DNA of 14,506 nucleotides from Eledone cirrhosa (lineage: Eukaryota). The stretch is taken from the NCBI GenBank assembly GCA_964016885.1, contig CAXHJY010000820.1, positions 1 through 14,506 of the forward strand. The letters are read 5' to 3'. The position numbers and the translations under genes are program-made. Shown here one piece after another: positions 1 to 10,680 of the stretch. Under the pieces are notes generated by a model. That model saw only the letters and a program-made list of their open reading frames with translations, did no database searches and was not told where the DNA came from. The number at the start of each line of letters is the position of its first letter. Positions within the stretch are counted from its first letter, which is position 1.

Positions 1-25
1 ACATATATAGTATGTATATATGTAT

Positions 26-603
26 GGTAACATGTATCCCAGTACAAGCTGTCTCATGGTCGGGTTGTTGGCGACTAAACTGGCAACCCCACCAAGGTAT
101 TTTGGTGAGGAGGGTGACTTTAGACATCCTGCAGGACTAAAAACAAAACCTGTCAAAGGGCAAAGGAACTCTTAAGAGTCAATGGCCATTCAAAATCACC
201 GGGAGAGATGACCCTTAGCCTTTGTCAAGGCAGAATTCTAGGAGAAGGGAAGCTCTGATATAACACCTGCAACTCTGATGGTATCCAATGATGCTGACTT
301 GTTCTTCTTTTTGGCAAATATCATCTTGGTTAAGAGAGTGGGACTGGCTTTGTGCAGTGCCTTTGCTCACTATAAAGGCTTCACGGCACAGGCATTGCTT
401 TATATCTGGAGATCTCTCTGCATTTGTCATTACATGGTACCATGGGCCCAGCACTATGTGTCAATAATTGTCACAAGTGTAGTGTTTGTACCAGAGTTTT
501 CAAGTCGCTGGCTGGACTAAAAAGTCACACTTGTTTAGCGCATCGGTAGGAGCTCTTCTACATGGATATAAAGTAGTGGCCGTACTTGAAAAACGAGTTG
601 GCA

Positions 604-610
<7 letters not shown>
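26..610 (+). mobile_element. Non-autonomous RTE-LINE-derived element (copy 1) ending in a C2H2 zinc-finger remnant and a GCAGCCATCA-(TA)n tail
   Basis: About 138-610 aligns by eye with 9910-10310 (e.g. AAAACAAAACC.GTCAAAG, AAGAGTCAATGGCCAT, GTTCTTCTTTTTGG, GGACTAAAAAG, GCAGCCATCATATAT). The 3' part encodes a zinc finger typical of RTE ORF C-termini. Microsatellite lies on both sides. Confidence 0.7.
442..549 (+). pseudogene. C2H2 zinc-finger remnant MGPALCVNNCHKCSVCTRVFKSLAGLKSHTCLAHR*
   Basis: Manual translation gives C-x2-C-x3-F-x5-L-x2-H-x4-H just before a stop and the element 3' tail, as at the end of RTE-clade ORFs. Confidence 0.7.
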
Positions 611-651
<41 letters not shown>

Positions 652-664
652 GTATATATGTATG

Positions 665-719
<55 letters not shown>

Positions 720-720
720 G
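610..720. repeat. (TA)n microsatellite with TATG interruptions
   Basis: Directly visible. Confidence 0.97.
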
Positions 721-800
721 TAAATGAAGTATTTCCGTAGGAAAGGTAAAGGAAAATAGAGTGCTCTATGTAGGCTACATCTAATAAACAACATAAGATA

Positions 801-870
801 ATTATTTCATTTACCAGTGATTTTTAGAAGACAGAAATTTATATCTGTCTTCAGTCGTCAGAATGAATAA
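801..870 (-). ncRNA. Degenerate type I hammerhead ribozyme motif (G12 replaced by A, probably inactive)
   Basis: Minus strand reads UUAUUCAUU-CUGACGA-CU-GAAGACAGA/UAUAAAUU/UCUGUCUUC-UA-AAAA-UCACUGG-U-A-AAUGAAAUAA. It has a 9-bp stem II, a quasi-palindromic stem III and a 9-bp stem I with one bulge, all in register. AAAA stands where GAAA is needed. Confidence 0.6.
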
Positions 871-895
871 CAGAATTTTTATTGAATATGGATTT

Positions 896-898
896 GTA

Positions 899-939
<41 letters not shown>

Positions 940-947
940 ATATATAT

Positions 948-993
<46 letters not shown>

Positions 994-1266
994 GTATATG
1001 TGTATATGTATATGTGTATATATATATGTATATGTGTATATATATATATGTATATGTGTATATATATATATGTATATGTGTATATATATATATGTATATA
1101 TATATATATGTATATGTATATATATATATGTATATGTATATATATATATATGTGTATGTGTGTATATATATATATGTGTATATATATATATGTATATGTG
1201 TATATATATATATATGTATATGTATATATATATATATGTATATGTATATGTGTATATGTATATGTG

Positions 1267-1298
<32 letters not shown>

Positions 1299-1795
1299 TG
1301 TATATGTGTATATATATATATGTATATATATATATGTATATATATATATGTATTTGTATATATGTATATGTATATATATGTATATATGTGTATATGTATA
1401 TATATATATTGTTATACTTTGGGAGGGTCATGTTGCCAATAACAAATTCAGAAACGAAATATATATATATATATGTATGTATATGTATATATGTATATAT
1501 GTATATATATATATGTATGTATATGTATATATGTATATATATATATGTATATATATATATGTATATATATATATGTATATATATATATGTATATATATAT
1601 ATGTATATATATATATGTATATATATATATGTATATATATATATGTATATATATATGTATATGTATATATATATGTATATATATATGTATATATATATGT
1701 ATATGTATATATATATGTATATGTATATATATATGTATATATATATGTATATGTATATATATATGTATATGTATGTATATATATGTATGTATATG

Positions 1796-1832
<37 letters not shown>

Positions 1833-1996
1833 GTATATGTATATATGTATCTGTATATATATATATATGTATATATGTATATATGTATCTGTATATATAT
1901 ATGTATGTATGTAATGTATGTATATTTATATATATGTATGTATATGTATATATATATATATATATACGTATATATATATGTATATATGTATGTATA
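896..1996. repeat. Long compound (TA)n/(TATG)n/(TATATG)n microsatellite, interrupted by unique sequence at about 1409-1458
   Basis: Directly visible. It is the source of the YI/YM/VY ORFs. Confidence 0.97.
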
Positions 1997-2059
1997 TTTT
2001 AGTTGTTCTTTTGCTTATTTAAATTTTACTAATCCATTAGTATTATATTTTCTAACATT

Positions 2060-2198
2060 CATACATATATATATTTATACATGTACATATATAAATTATA
2101 TATATAATTCTCTTTTGTTTATATATATATATACATATATATTTACACACACACACATATATATAAATACGTTTTTATATATATATATATATATATAT

Positions 2199-2261
<63 letters not shown>
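2060..2261. repeat. (TA)n/(CA)n microsatellite region
   Basis: Directly visible. Confidence 0.9.
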
Positions 2262-2262
<1 letters not shown>

Positions 2263-2901
2263 TCATCCAATCTTCCCCCCCCCCCCTCCTCCTCCCAATC
2301 TTTTGGAAATAATCAATTTTATTTAAATTCTTTTATTAGACTTTTGGAAATTTAAATTCTTTTCCGATATATTTTTAGAAATTTTTTGTTGTTAGTTACT
2401 TTAATATTCTATCTGTATCTAGTTTACAATAGGTACAACATAGTCCTGCCTGCATTTAGTTTAGCTTAGGTTGACAGTTTCCCTGTGTGTATCATCTTTA
2501 GAATAGGTGCCCTATATCCCTATATCTTTGTAAGAGGGGACTAAAAATATTGGTGCCGTGAAACATTGCCTAAAATAAAACAACCTATGATGAGTATGAA
2601 ATCCATCATTGTCAAGCCATGATATCACAGGGAATGTGGTCTTAGAACAGTTATTGTTGTTATTAGTTACTTTAATTCAGAGTGGTGAAGAATTGATATT
2701 GTTGCAAAGGTCAAAGGTTCTTTCCATATTTAGTTTTATCTTACCTTTCGTCTTTCTTTGGGGTATGAAATATGAATTGGGGGAAAAGATGGCAGTGTAA
2801 GTGATTATATTCTAGAAAGCAGTGCTTCAATATGTCCACAGTCCAATGATAGAAACCAGGTACTTTAGCAATCAGCATCAAATGCATATGATTTATGTAT
2901 G

Positions 2902-2904
<3 letters not shown>

Positions 2905-2971
<67 letters not shown>
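2905..2971. repeat. Perfect (TA)n
   Basis: Directly visible. Confidence 0.98.
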
Positions 2972-2975
<4 letters not shown>

Positions 2976-3002
2976 TACATGTACATTTGCAATAGAACAG
3001 GA

Positions 3003-3193
3003 CTTCTCCAAAATTGCAGGCCTTTTCCAAAATTGCAGGCCTTTTCCAAAATCGCAGGCCTTTTCCAAAATCGCAGGCCTTTTCTAAAATCGCAGGCCTT
3101 CTCCAAAATTGCGGGTCTTTTCCAAAATTGCAGGTCTTTCTAAATTTGTAGGCCTTTTCCAGAATCGTGAGCCTTTTCCAGAATCGTAGGCCT
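3003..3193. repeat. Minisatellite, 10 copies of a 19-bp unit CTTTTCCAAAAT(T/C)GCAGGC
   Basis: Units start at 3003, 3022, 3041, 3060, 3079, 3098, 3117, 3136 (18 bp), 3154 and 3173. There are no spacers. Confidence 0.95.
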
Positions 3194-3492
3194 GTCACAA
3201 CAGACCAGCCCGACCCTCCAACTCATTGGGTTTGGTCTACTCACATATGTCTATTTTGGCTATTTTTTGTGCACAGATTTTATATTCCTATTTTTGCCTC
3301 ACTTACTTGCTAGTAATTTATCATTAATATGTGCTTTAATTAATTTTAATTATTTGCTACTAACCTAACTAATTTAATAATGAGAAAATGATTAATATAA
3401 TTTTTCTTTTTAGCGTGTTTTTTAAAAATATTTCGTAGCTGCTTTGATTTTTGCAGAAAATTCTTATATATATGCACATATATATATATATT

Positions 3493-3630
3493 TATCATCA
3501 TTTTACATCTGCTTTCCATATTGGCATGGGTTGGCTGCATCATGGTTTGAGACCAGATGGTTTCTATAACCCGATGTCCTTCCCAATGCTGCCCACTTTA
3601 CAGAGTGTATTGAGTGCTTTATTTTTATTT
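3493..3630 (-). mobile_element. SINE-like repeat with RTE-related 3' tail ending in (ATG)n
   Basis: Shares TTTCCAT..TGGCATGGGTTGG and GGTTTCTA...ATGTCCTTCCCAATGC..CCACTTTACAGAGTGTA with 4385-4545 and 5616-5890, and in inverted orientation with 11569-11765. Confidence 0.7.
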
Positions 3631-3631
3631 T

Positions 3632-4110
3632 CGTTGACATGGGTTAGACATGTCTGTTTCAACTCAACTACAAGTTACATGTCATAAGCCATCTCCATCC
3701 TGATATAAATCTCACTACTTCTCATGCTTTCTTCCTTCTTTCATCTTCTGCAGGCTTTTTTTTCATGTGCAACATTTAACAAATTTTCCACCCAACTACC
3801 CACCTACAGTTCTTCATACACATGTCATGTCGATACTAGCACAATCTTCTATCTGTTACACACTATGGCTGATACTGTTAGTGCTCAGGTTTTTCTTTCA
3901 GCACAATCATTCTTCATTGTAGATGCACACTGACATTATACATCCAGTTGAGCATGCTTGCTGCATTTCATTCCAGCCTTTGTATACCCTTCACATGCAA
4001 CATTGCACTTCATACACAAACATCATTATAATCGGCTCACCAGCTTGGAGTAAGAAGACCTTACTGCAAACACAGCTAATAGTTCCCTGAACTTTTCCTC
4101 ACTCATTCGT
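3632..4110 (-). mobile_element. Decayed RTE-clade LINE, ORF C-terminal part and 3' end
   Basis: Minus-strand translation with frameshifts and stops gives KFRELLAVF..., YDVCV*SAMLH, IQRLE*NAASMLNWMYNVSVH and RLC*YRHDMCM. These match RTE motifs KFRELL / LYxACVRSAMLH / RLERNEASMLRWMCNV / RLRWYGHVMRM as I recall them. Confidence 0.8.
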
Positions 4111-4384
4111 TCATAGGTTCCTTCTATTTGCATTGATTTCAACTTAGTCCCACTGTCATTCTTCCTATACATACATCACATGTCACCACCAGTGCAGTCT
4201 TCTCTACTTTTTCACCCTATAACCTCTCATGCTTGATTTTATTTTTCTCTCAACTCACCTATAGCCTGTTGTACCTACTCACTAATATTACTCATGCTTG
4301 AATAATATCTTTTTAGCTTTTACAGATCTTAACCTTATCTCACTGCCATGCAATGCTTCTTACACAACACACACACACACCCAC

Positions 4385-4545
4385 ATCATTATCATTATCA
4401 TCATCATCATCATCATCATCATCATTTTTATGTCCATTCTTTTTCCATGCTGGCATTGGTTGGACAAGAATTTTTGAGGCAAAATTCTATGGTTTGAAAT
4501 ACTTCCTTGATACTAATCCTCACTTGTTTTTTAAGTAAGGTACAG
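4385..4545 (-). mobile_element. SINE-like 3' fragment with expanded (ATC)n tail
   Basis: (ATC)n followed by TTTTATGTCCATT...TTTCCATGCTGGCATTGGTTGGAC, the same tail family as 3493-3630. Confidence 0.65.
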
Positions 4546-4807
4546 GTTTTTGCATATCTAATTGTTGACAGGTGGGATTACTGTTCGTGCAGAATGTAAG
4601 CAAACATATTGCCTGTGATGTCGATTGTGAAGAGACAAAGACAAACAGACATATGCAATGTGGTTGAAACACATCAAATACCATTCATTAATGTTTTGAT
4701 AATAGCAAGAGAGAACTAAATCATCAAATTTCTTACCAAGAAGTGTTGTTGAGAGAGAGAGAAAGAGAGAGAGAGTTGCAGAAGGAAAGATGGTAATAGA
4801 GCTATCA

Positions 4808-5172
4808 ATGAATATTGTGAAGAGAAATGGAATGAGATGGTTATGTCATGTGTTGAGGAAGGGGGGGGGGGGGTGACGAGGTGAGAGAAATAGATGAATA
4901 TTGTGAAGAGAAATTGAGTGAGACGGTTGGGTTATGTGTTGAGGAAGGTTGAAAGTAACTGGGTGAGACGTGTAATGGAAATGAATGTGGAAGGAAGTGG
5001 AGAAATATGGAAGACCAAGAAATACGTGGCTAAAGATGGAAGAGTAAATGGAAATCTGAAGTTGATGAGGTGGTGATGTAGATGATAGGGAAAATTGGAG
5101 AAGCTTGTCATTAAGTTCACAAAGCTAATCCCTGTTTTAGCAGGGAAACTGGCCTTAAAACGGTTGCTGTTG
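4808..5172 (+). mobile_element. Decayed RTE-clade LINE 3' end with a local duplication
   Basis: Translates to MRWLCHVLRK, then VRRLGYVLRKVESNWVRRVMEMNVEGSGE and, after a frameshift, GRPRNTWLK. This fits the RTE RWxGHVLR...VEG...GRPRxTW motif. It ends TAAAACGGTTGCTGTTG. Confidence 0.8.
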
Positions 5173-5615
5173 AAATTGTTACTCTGACTGAAATAAAATA
5201 TCCTATGGATAATGCTTATACAAGTTCATTTAGCACTATATAAAAAAAATGGTGTGCATTGTTTCAAGCTTGAAGATGATGAACATACTGAACTAGCTTT
5301 TTTTTTTCTACGGTTTAGTCAAGGGAAGAAAAGTAGTACCTATGATCTACTTCAGGGCCTAAAAAAAAAGCCATCCTTAAACCACAGACCTTGTCTGAAT
5401 GATTGCAAGAAAGTGGATTTTGTTAAAAGCACCTACGTGCCAGGCAAAGGTGTTAAACTGGCTGATGGATTAAGTTTACAACACAAGTAGGCTGCAGCCA
5501 GATTTGAACTCAAAACAAATACTGCAAAATATCTCAGTCCAGCAAAAAAGATAATTTGGCACAGGGTTGAAAGCAAAGGTACCAGCAAATTAGTATTGTA
5601 CCTGTATAAATATAT

Positions 5616-5890
5616 ATCATCATTCAGTGTCCATTTCCTTTCCTAGCAAGGGTTTGATGTGTCATCACAGACAAATTAGCCACTGACTTTCAGGTGGGCT
5701 GACATATCATCCTGTGCTCTACTGAGTACAGTTTATCATGACACTTACACTAGGGGAGTTGTCATGTTTTCATACAGCTTAAGAGTCTTCCTGGCCCTTT
5801 AATTGGCTGATTTTCTATGACTGTATGTCGTTCCTTTCACCAACCACTTTACACAGTGTACTGGGTATATTTCATGGCAGAAACCAGCTC
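5616..5890 (-). mobile_element. Diverged SINE-like copy (same family as 3493-3630)
   Basis: ATCATCATTCAGTGTCCATTTCC...AGCAAGGGTTTGA and TTTCTATGACTGTATGTCGTTCC...CCAACCACTTTACACAGTGTACTGGGT. Confidence 0.6.
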
Positions 5891-6064
5891 AGAACCATAT
5901 CGGAATTATCTCCCTTGCTTCTTATTACTTGGTTGTTTTGGTCTTGAAATTGCAATAAGCTCAGTTGAACTTGCCATGTTCAGAATGCGAGACTCTATTA
6001 GTATGTATGCACTTCATGCAGAGCACTCCAATCAGGTATTTCCGCCTCTACCCTTTGTTAAGAC

Positions 6065-6167
6065 ATATGTGTGTGCTTATATATATATATGTATGTATGT
6101 ATGTATGTATACGTATGTGCATGTATGTATGTATACGTATGTGCATGTATGTATGTATATATATATA
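6065..6167. repeat. (TATG)n/(TA)n microsatellite
   Basis: Directly visible. Confidence 0.9.
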
Positions 6168-7004
6168 AATTTGTGTATATACTATATTTATAAACACATA
6201 CACAGAAAGCAAATGCCCCTTCTCAGTATTTCCCGCTGACTAAGTCAATTTCAACTGGCTGATACCAATGCCTTTGTTACGTTAATATTGTAGTAACCTG
6301 TTTTTGTTATGATGAGACAGTCAGTAAGCAGGGGAGGTAACTGTTGTACTTTGAAGAACTTTTCTTTAGTAGAACATAAAAAAAAATATTATTTTCTATT
6401 AGCTGATTGATTGTTAACTTTTGATACATTTTTGAACATTTTATTGTGTATTTCTCTCTCCTTCTCTCTCTTTTATTCTCACTCTGGTTTTCTCCCTCTC
6501 ACTCTTTCGCACATTTTCTCATACACGCAGACTCCCACTCATTCTATTTTTCTCTTATACACACGCACACACACTGTCTTTCATTCCCTCTGACATATAC
6601 TTCCACTCTTGCTATCTCTCTTGCGATCACATACATGCCTACACACACACGCACATTCAAAACCAGAAGTGACCTCTGAGGGAGATTCTGAAAATGTCTA
6701 TTTTTAAACACAAATTTTATAAAAATGTTTAATTAAACAGATTTATATAGATAGATAGATAGATAGGGTCTACAATTTTGTTTTTTGTTTTCAGCAAATT
6801 GTTTATTCTTAATTATTTTCTATTTTTTTTTCATTGGGTTTCTTGTTTATTGTAGAGAATTGTTTATTGGAACTATATTGGTCAAACAACAAAATAAATT
6901 GCTGGATATATTTTATTTCTTTTCAAATATATTTGACCAGAGGTCATTTCTGGGCAGTGGTCATTATCTAATTTTCTTTTTCTTTATATCACAATTTGGC
7001 CAAT

Positions 7005-8230
7005 TAGTTTGAAAACTGGATATCTCTACAAGAGCTTCAAACTAATTATGTAAAACTGGATAACTTGACAGGAGATACACATCTATGAGTTATTAAAAAA
7101 CAACAAAGCAGTTATTTAAAACTGGATTACTCTTCAAAGATTATAAAAATATGAAAGTTATTTTAAAATCTTTAAAGAAATTATATTTAAAACTTACTTA
7201 AAAATGTAAGCTCTACGTAAGTTATGAACTGTAAAAGTTATTTACAAAGGAGTTATGTAAAACAGTATAGCTCTATAGAAGTTATAAAACTGTAAAAGCA
7301 GTTATATAAAACTGTATAATTCTAAAGGAGTTATAAAGTTATTTAAAACATTTATTAAAAACTGTTATGTAAAACTGGATGGCTCTACAGGAGTTATAAA
7401 ACTGCAAAGAAATTATTCAAAGAACTGTTCTATAAAACTGGATAACTCCACATAAAACAGTTATGTAAAATTCTACATAATTCTACTCTATATAAGTTAT
7501 AAGTCTATAAATGTTGTAAAGAACATTTATATAAATATAAAACTGATAACTTTTAACTGATAGCTAGATTAGTTAAAAACAGTTATATAAAACTGGATAA
7601 CTCTGCATGAGTAATAAATCTATAAAAGTGATTTTAAGAAATAATATATTTTTTAAAACTTTGCAAGGGGTAGAAAACAGTTATTTAAAATTGGAAGATT
7701 TAAAAATAGTTATACAAAACTAGTTACATCAGCTAGAGTTACAAGGCAGTTATATAAAGCTGAATAATGCTAGAATTATAAAACTGGATAACCCTATATG
7801 AGTTAAAAACCAATTTTAATACTGAATAATTATATGAATGAGAAAACTGTTATATGAAATTAGATAACTCCACATAAGTTAAAGCTATAAGTTATAAAAA
7901 ACAGTTATGTAAAATTCTACATAATTCTACTCTATATAAGTTATAAGAGTATAAATGTTGTAAAGAGCAGTTATGTAAAACTGATAACTTTTAACTGATA
8001 GCTTTACTAGTTAAAAACAGTTGTATAAAACTGGATAACACTGCACGACTTATAAAACTATAAAAGTAATTTTAAGAAATAATTATTTTTCAATTTTGCA
8101 AGAGGTAGAAAACAATTCTTTAAAATTGGAAGATTTAGAAATAGTTATATAAAATTGGCTAACTCTACAGCAGTCATATAAACTGGATAACATTACACAA
8201 GTTAAAACAGTTATATAAAACTGAATAACC
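7005..8230. repeat. Degenerate A-rich satellite built on AGTTATATAAAACTGGATAACT, with a higher-order duplication offset by about 444 bp
   Basis: The motif recurs throughout. AAAACAGTTATGTAAAATTCTACATAATTCTACTCTATATAAGTTATAAG occurs at 7454 and 7898, and similarity continues for about 270 bp. Confidence 0.9.
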
Positions 8231-8315
8231 ACACAATCATTACACACACACACACATGCAAAGTAATGCACTCAGTTACCTCTGTACTCTCTCTATTTAC
8301 AGATAAAACTTTATC

Positions 8316-8353
<38 letters not shown>

Positions 8354-8787
8354 AAAAAAAAAATGAATTGGTTTTAAGATACTGAAACAATGCAAATGGA
8401 ACTTTAATTATTGTGGTGCCAAATAAAGACGGAAAAAGATGAAGAGATGGAAAAAGACAAAAAAAAATAAAAAGAAACAAGGGATCTCAATGTTACTTGG
8501 GAAATATTTAATAGTTCTTTATATTTCAGATAAGATATCCATTATCAAAGAAAAACATGAAAGAACTCTTGTGGAGAGACTTATACTTCGATTGCATTTG
8601 AATTGTTTGCCAACACTGGATATATATTAATATATATATTAATACACACACACATTCATATATATATAGACATACTAACCAGAAAACCTTTCTTTGTCTC
8701 CTGCTGCTGCTGTTCAGTCCACACCAATCCTTACTCTCTCTCTCTCTTTCTCTTTTTCTCTTCTTTTCTTTTCTCTTTCTTCAGTAG

Positions 8788-8877
8788 TGTCCTGTCTGCA
8801 CCCTACAGAATGATACAGCGGTTAAAGAAAGACTCCAACTTCTCATAATGGAATCACTAAGAGATTATATGAGTCCA
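8788..8877 (+). CDS. Candidate internal coding exon (90 nt, phase 0-0): CPVCTLQNDTAVKERLQLLIMESLRDYMSP; host gene unidentified
   Basis: A pyrimidine tract of about 50 nt precedes CAGTAG (8782-8787), and GTAAGT follows at 8878. The length is a multiple of 3, only one frame is open, and the sequence is non-repetitive. Confidence 0.5.
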
Positions 8878-9239
8878 GTAAGTCTTATACATGGCACACC
8901 TGTCTAATATATTTGTGCCACTATTACACACTTCCTTTTTCAAGACCTACAGATTAGGATGGGCATCAGTAAAGCAGGCATTTTTTTTTTACAGATATTA
9001 AAAATAATTTCTTTTTTTAAATATATAAAAACATTTCCTTCTGGTTATCTACACCTTCAGTTCAAATCTTATTGAAGCCAAATTTGTTTTTCAATAAAGC
9101 ATCCAGTAGTAGGGTCGATTCTGCACTCTCTCTCACCCCGTGGAAGAAATCCGCTATAGTCAAATCTATAGAGGGAAGTTTAAAATGCCCAAGTTACACT
9201 GGTACACATACAACATGGGATCAATGATTAGTGATTTCA

Positions 9240-9700
9240 TGTTGGTGGTGTTATTGGTGAAGAGGGTGTTGCTGGTGTTGTTGTTAGTGGTGTTGGTGGT
9301 GTTGTTAGTGATGTTGGTGTTGTTGTTAGTGATGTTGGTGTTGTTGTTAGTGTTGTTGTTCGTACTGGTGTTGTTGGTATTGGTGTTCGGTGTTGTTTGT
9401 GTTGGTTGGGTTGTTGGTGTTGTTTGTGTTGGTGTTGTTGTTGGTATTGGTGTTGTTGTTGTTGGTATTGGTGTTGTTGTTGTTGGTATTGGTGTTGTTG
9501 TTGTTGGTATTGGTGGTGTTGTTGGTATTGGTGTTGTTGATGTTGTTTGTGTTGGTATTGGTGGTGTTGGAAATGTTGGTGTTGTTTGTGTAGTTGTCAG
9601 TTGTAGATAGTGGTGTTGGTATTGTTGTTGTTGGGGATAATGTTGGTGTAGGATGTGTTGTTGTTGTTAGTGTCGTAGTAGGTGGTGGTGGTAGTTGTGG
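9240..9700. repeat. (GTT/GGT)n low-complexity repeat with GTTGTTGTTGTTGGTATTGGT-type subunits
   Basis: Directly visible. It yields poly-V/L and poly-N/T ORFs. Confidence 0.93.
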
Positions 9701-9909
9701 CATTTTTAAAACCATTTCTTGACTATGTATTTCTAATGATTAGCTTGTTTATGTATTTCAGTTAATTGTAATCTTCAAAGATAATCAAAATTTTGTAGAG
9801 TGTGTTATGGTAGTAGCATAAAATGTATTGTGGTAGTAGCATATCTGTAACTTTATATATTGGTATATATTACTTATATGTGTAATTTTATAATATTATG
9901 TATGTGATG

Positions 9910-10310
9910 AAAAACAAAACCCGTCAAAGAGTGGAGGAACACAGAAGAGTCAATGGCCATCCAATAATTTTTTTTCCCCTTGTGGAGCGAGAGACTCCGA
10001 GTCTTCATTACGACATCTCTCTTGGAGAACGTCCCTTTGATATAAAACGTCCGACTTTGTTTGCATCCAATAATGTAGACCAGTTCTTCTTTTTGGGCAA
10101 ATGTATTCAATGTTCAGAGAGTGATATTGGCCCCCGTGCAAAGCCTTTCCTCACTTAAAAAAGCTTCAAGCACAGGCATCACATTTTTTGCGATGCATGG
10201 CATTGCTGGCCATTGGCAAGTCCCTAGCAGGACTAAAAAGCCATGTCCTTAATGCTCATGCTTAAGTATCAAGTGATAGCATTACTCAAAATAGAGTTGC
10301 AGCCATCATA
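9910..10310 (+). mobile_element. Non-autonomous RTE-derived element (copy 2, diverged and 5'-truncated)
   Basis: Homologous to about 138-610. It retains KSLAGLKSHVLNAHA* at 10218-10265 and ends GCAGCCATCATATAT. Confidence 0.7.
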
Positions 10311-10332
10311 TATGCATACATGTATGTATGTG

Positions 10333-10680
10333 GATGAAATGCAGATTGGATTTGTGCTAGGAAGAGACACGACCAATGCCATCTTCCTAGTGGGACAACT
10401 ACAGGTAAACTATGTAGCTAGGAATAAGGAATATACCTATATGCTAAACTTTTATTGACATTTAGAAAATATTTGACAGAGTCCCATGGTCTCTGATCTA
10501 GTGGGTGCTCAGGAAGCTAAGAATAGATGAATTGCTGGTAATGGCTGTAGAAGCCATGTGTGGCAAGGCAGTCAGCAAGGTAAGGAAATCAGGAATGAAT
10601 ACAGTGAGAAATTTAGCATGAAGGTAGAAGTTCATCAAAGCTCAGTCCTCAGTCTCCTGATGTTTATTATAATCTTATAG
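10333..10680 (+). pseudogene. Reverse transcriptase fragment of an RTE-clade LINE (disrupted)
   Basis: DEMQIGFVLGRDTTNAIFLVGQLQ..., FIDI*KIFDRVPWSLI*WVLRKLRIDELLVMAVEAM..., NEYSEKFSMKVEVHQSSVLSLLMFIIIL. These are the RT motifs QxGF, F(V/I)DLEKAFDRV and GVxQGSVLSPLLF. Confidence 0.92.

Noticed and set aside
811-2312. Long ORFs of 186-379 aa rich in Y/I/M/V/C
   Set aside because: They are translations of TA/TG microsatellite, which lacks stop codons by composition. The same applies to 13008-13468.
2745-2811. Possible 67-nt minus-strand exon (TTTCTAG acceptor, GTAAGA donor)
   Set aside because: The pyrimidine tract is weak, the peptide is unrecognisable, and it is on the opposite strand to the better exon candidate.
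3003-3193. CRISPR-like array
   Set aside because: The units are contiguous with no unique spacers, the context is eukaryotic and there are no cas genes.
6236-6290. HHR-like CUGACUA-AGUCA..UGGCU-GAUA
   Set aside because: It has two core mismatches and no convincing stem I or stem III.
7005-8230. loxP-like sites (ATAACT...AGTTAT)
   Set aside because: Only the terminal hexamers match; the spacing and inner sequence differ from loxP.
9140-9715. Poly-V/L membrane-like ORFs and a poly-N/T ORF
   Set aside because: They are products of a GTT/GGT simple repeat.
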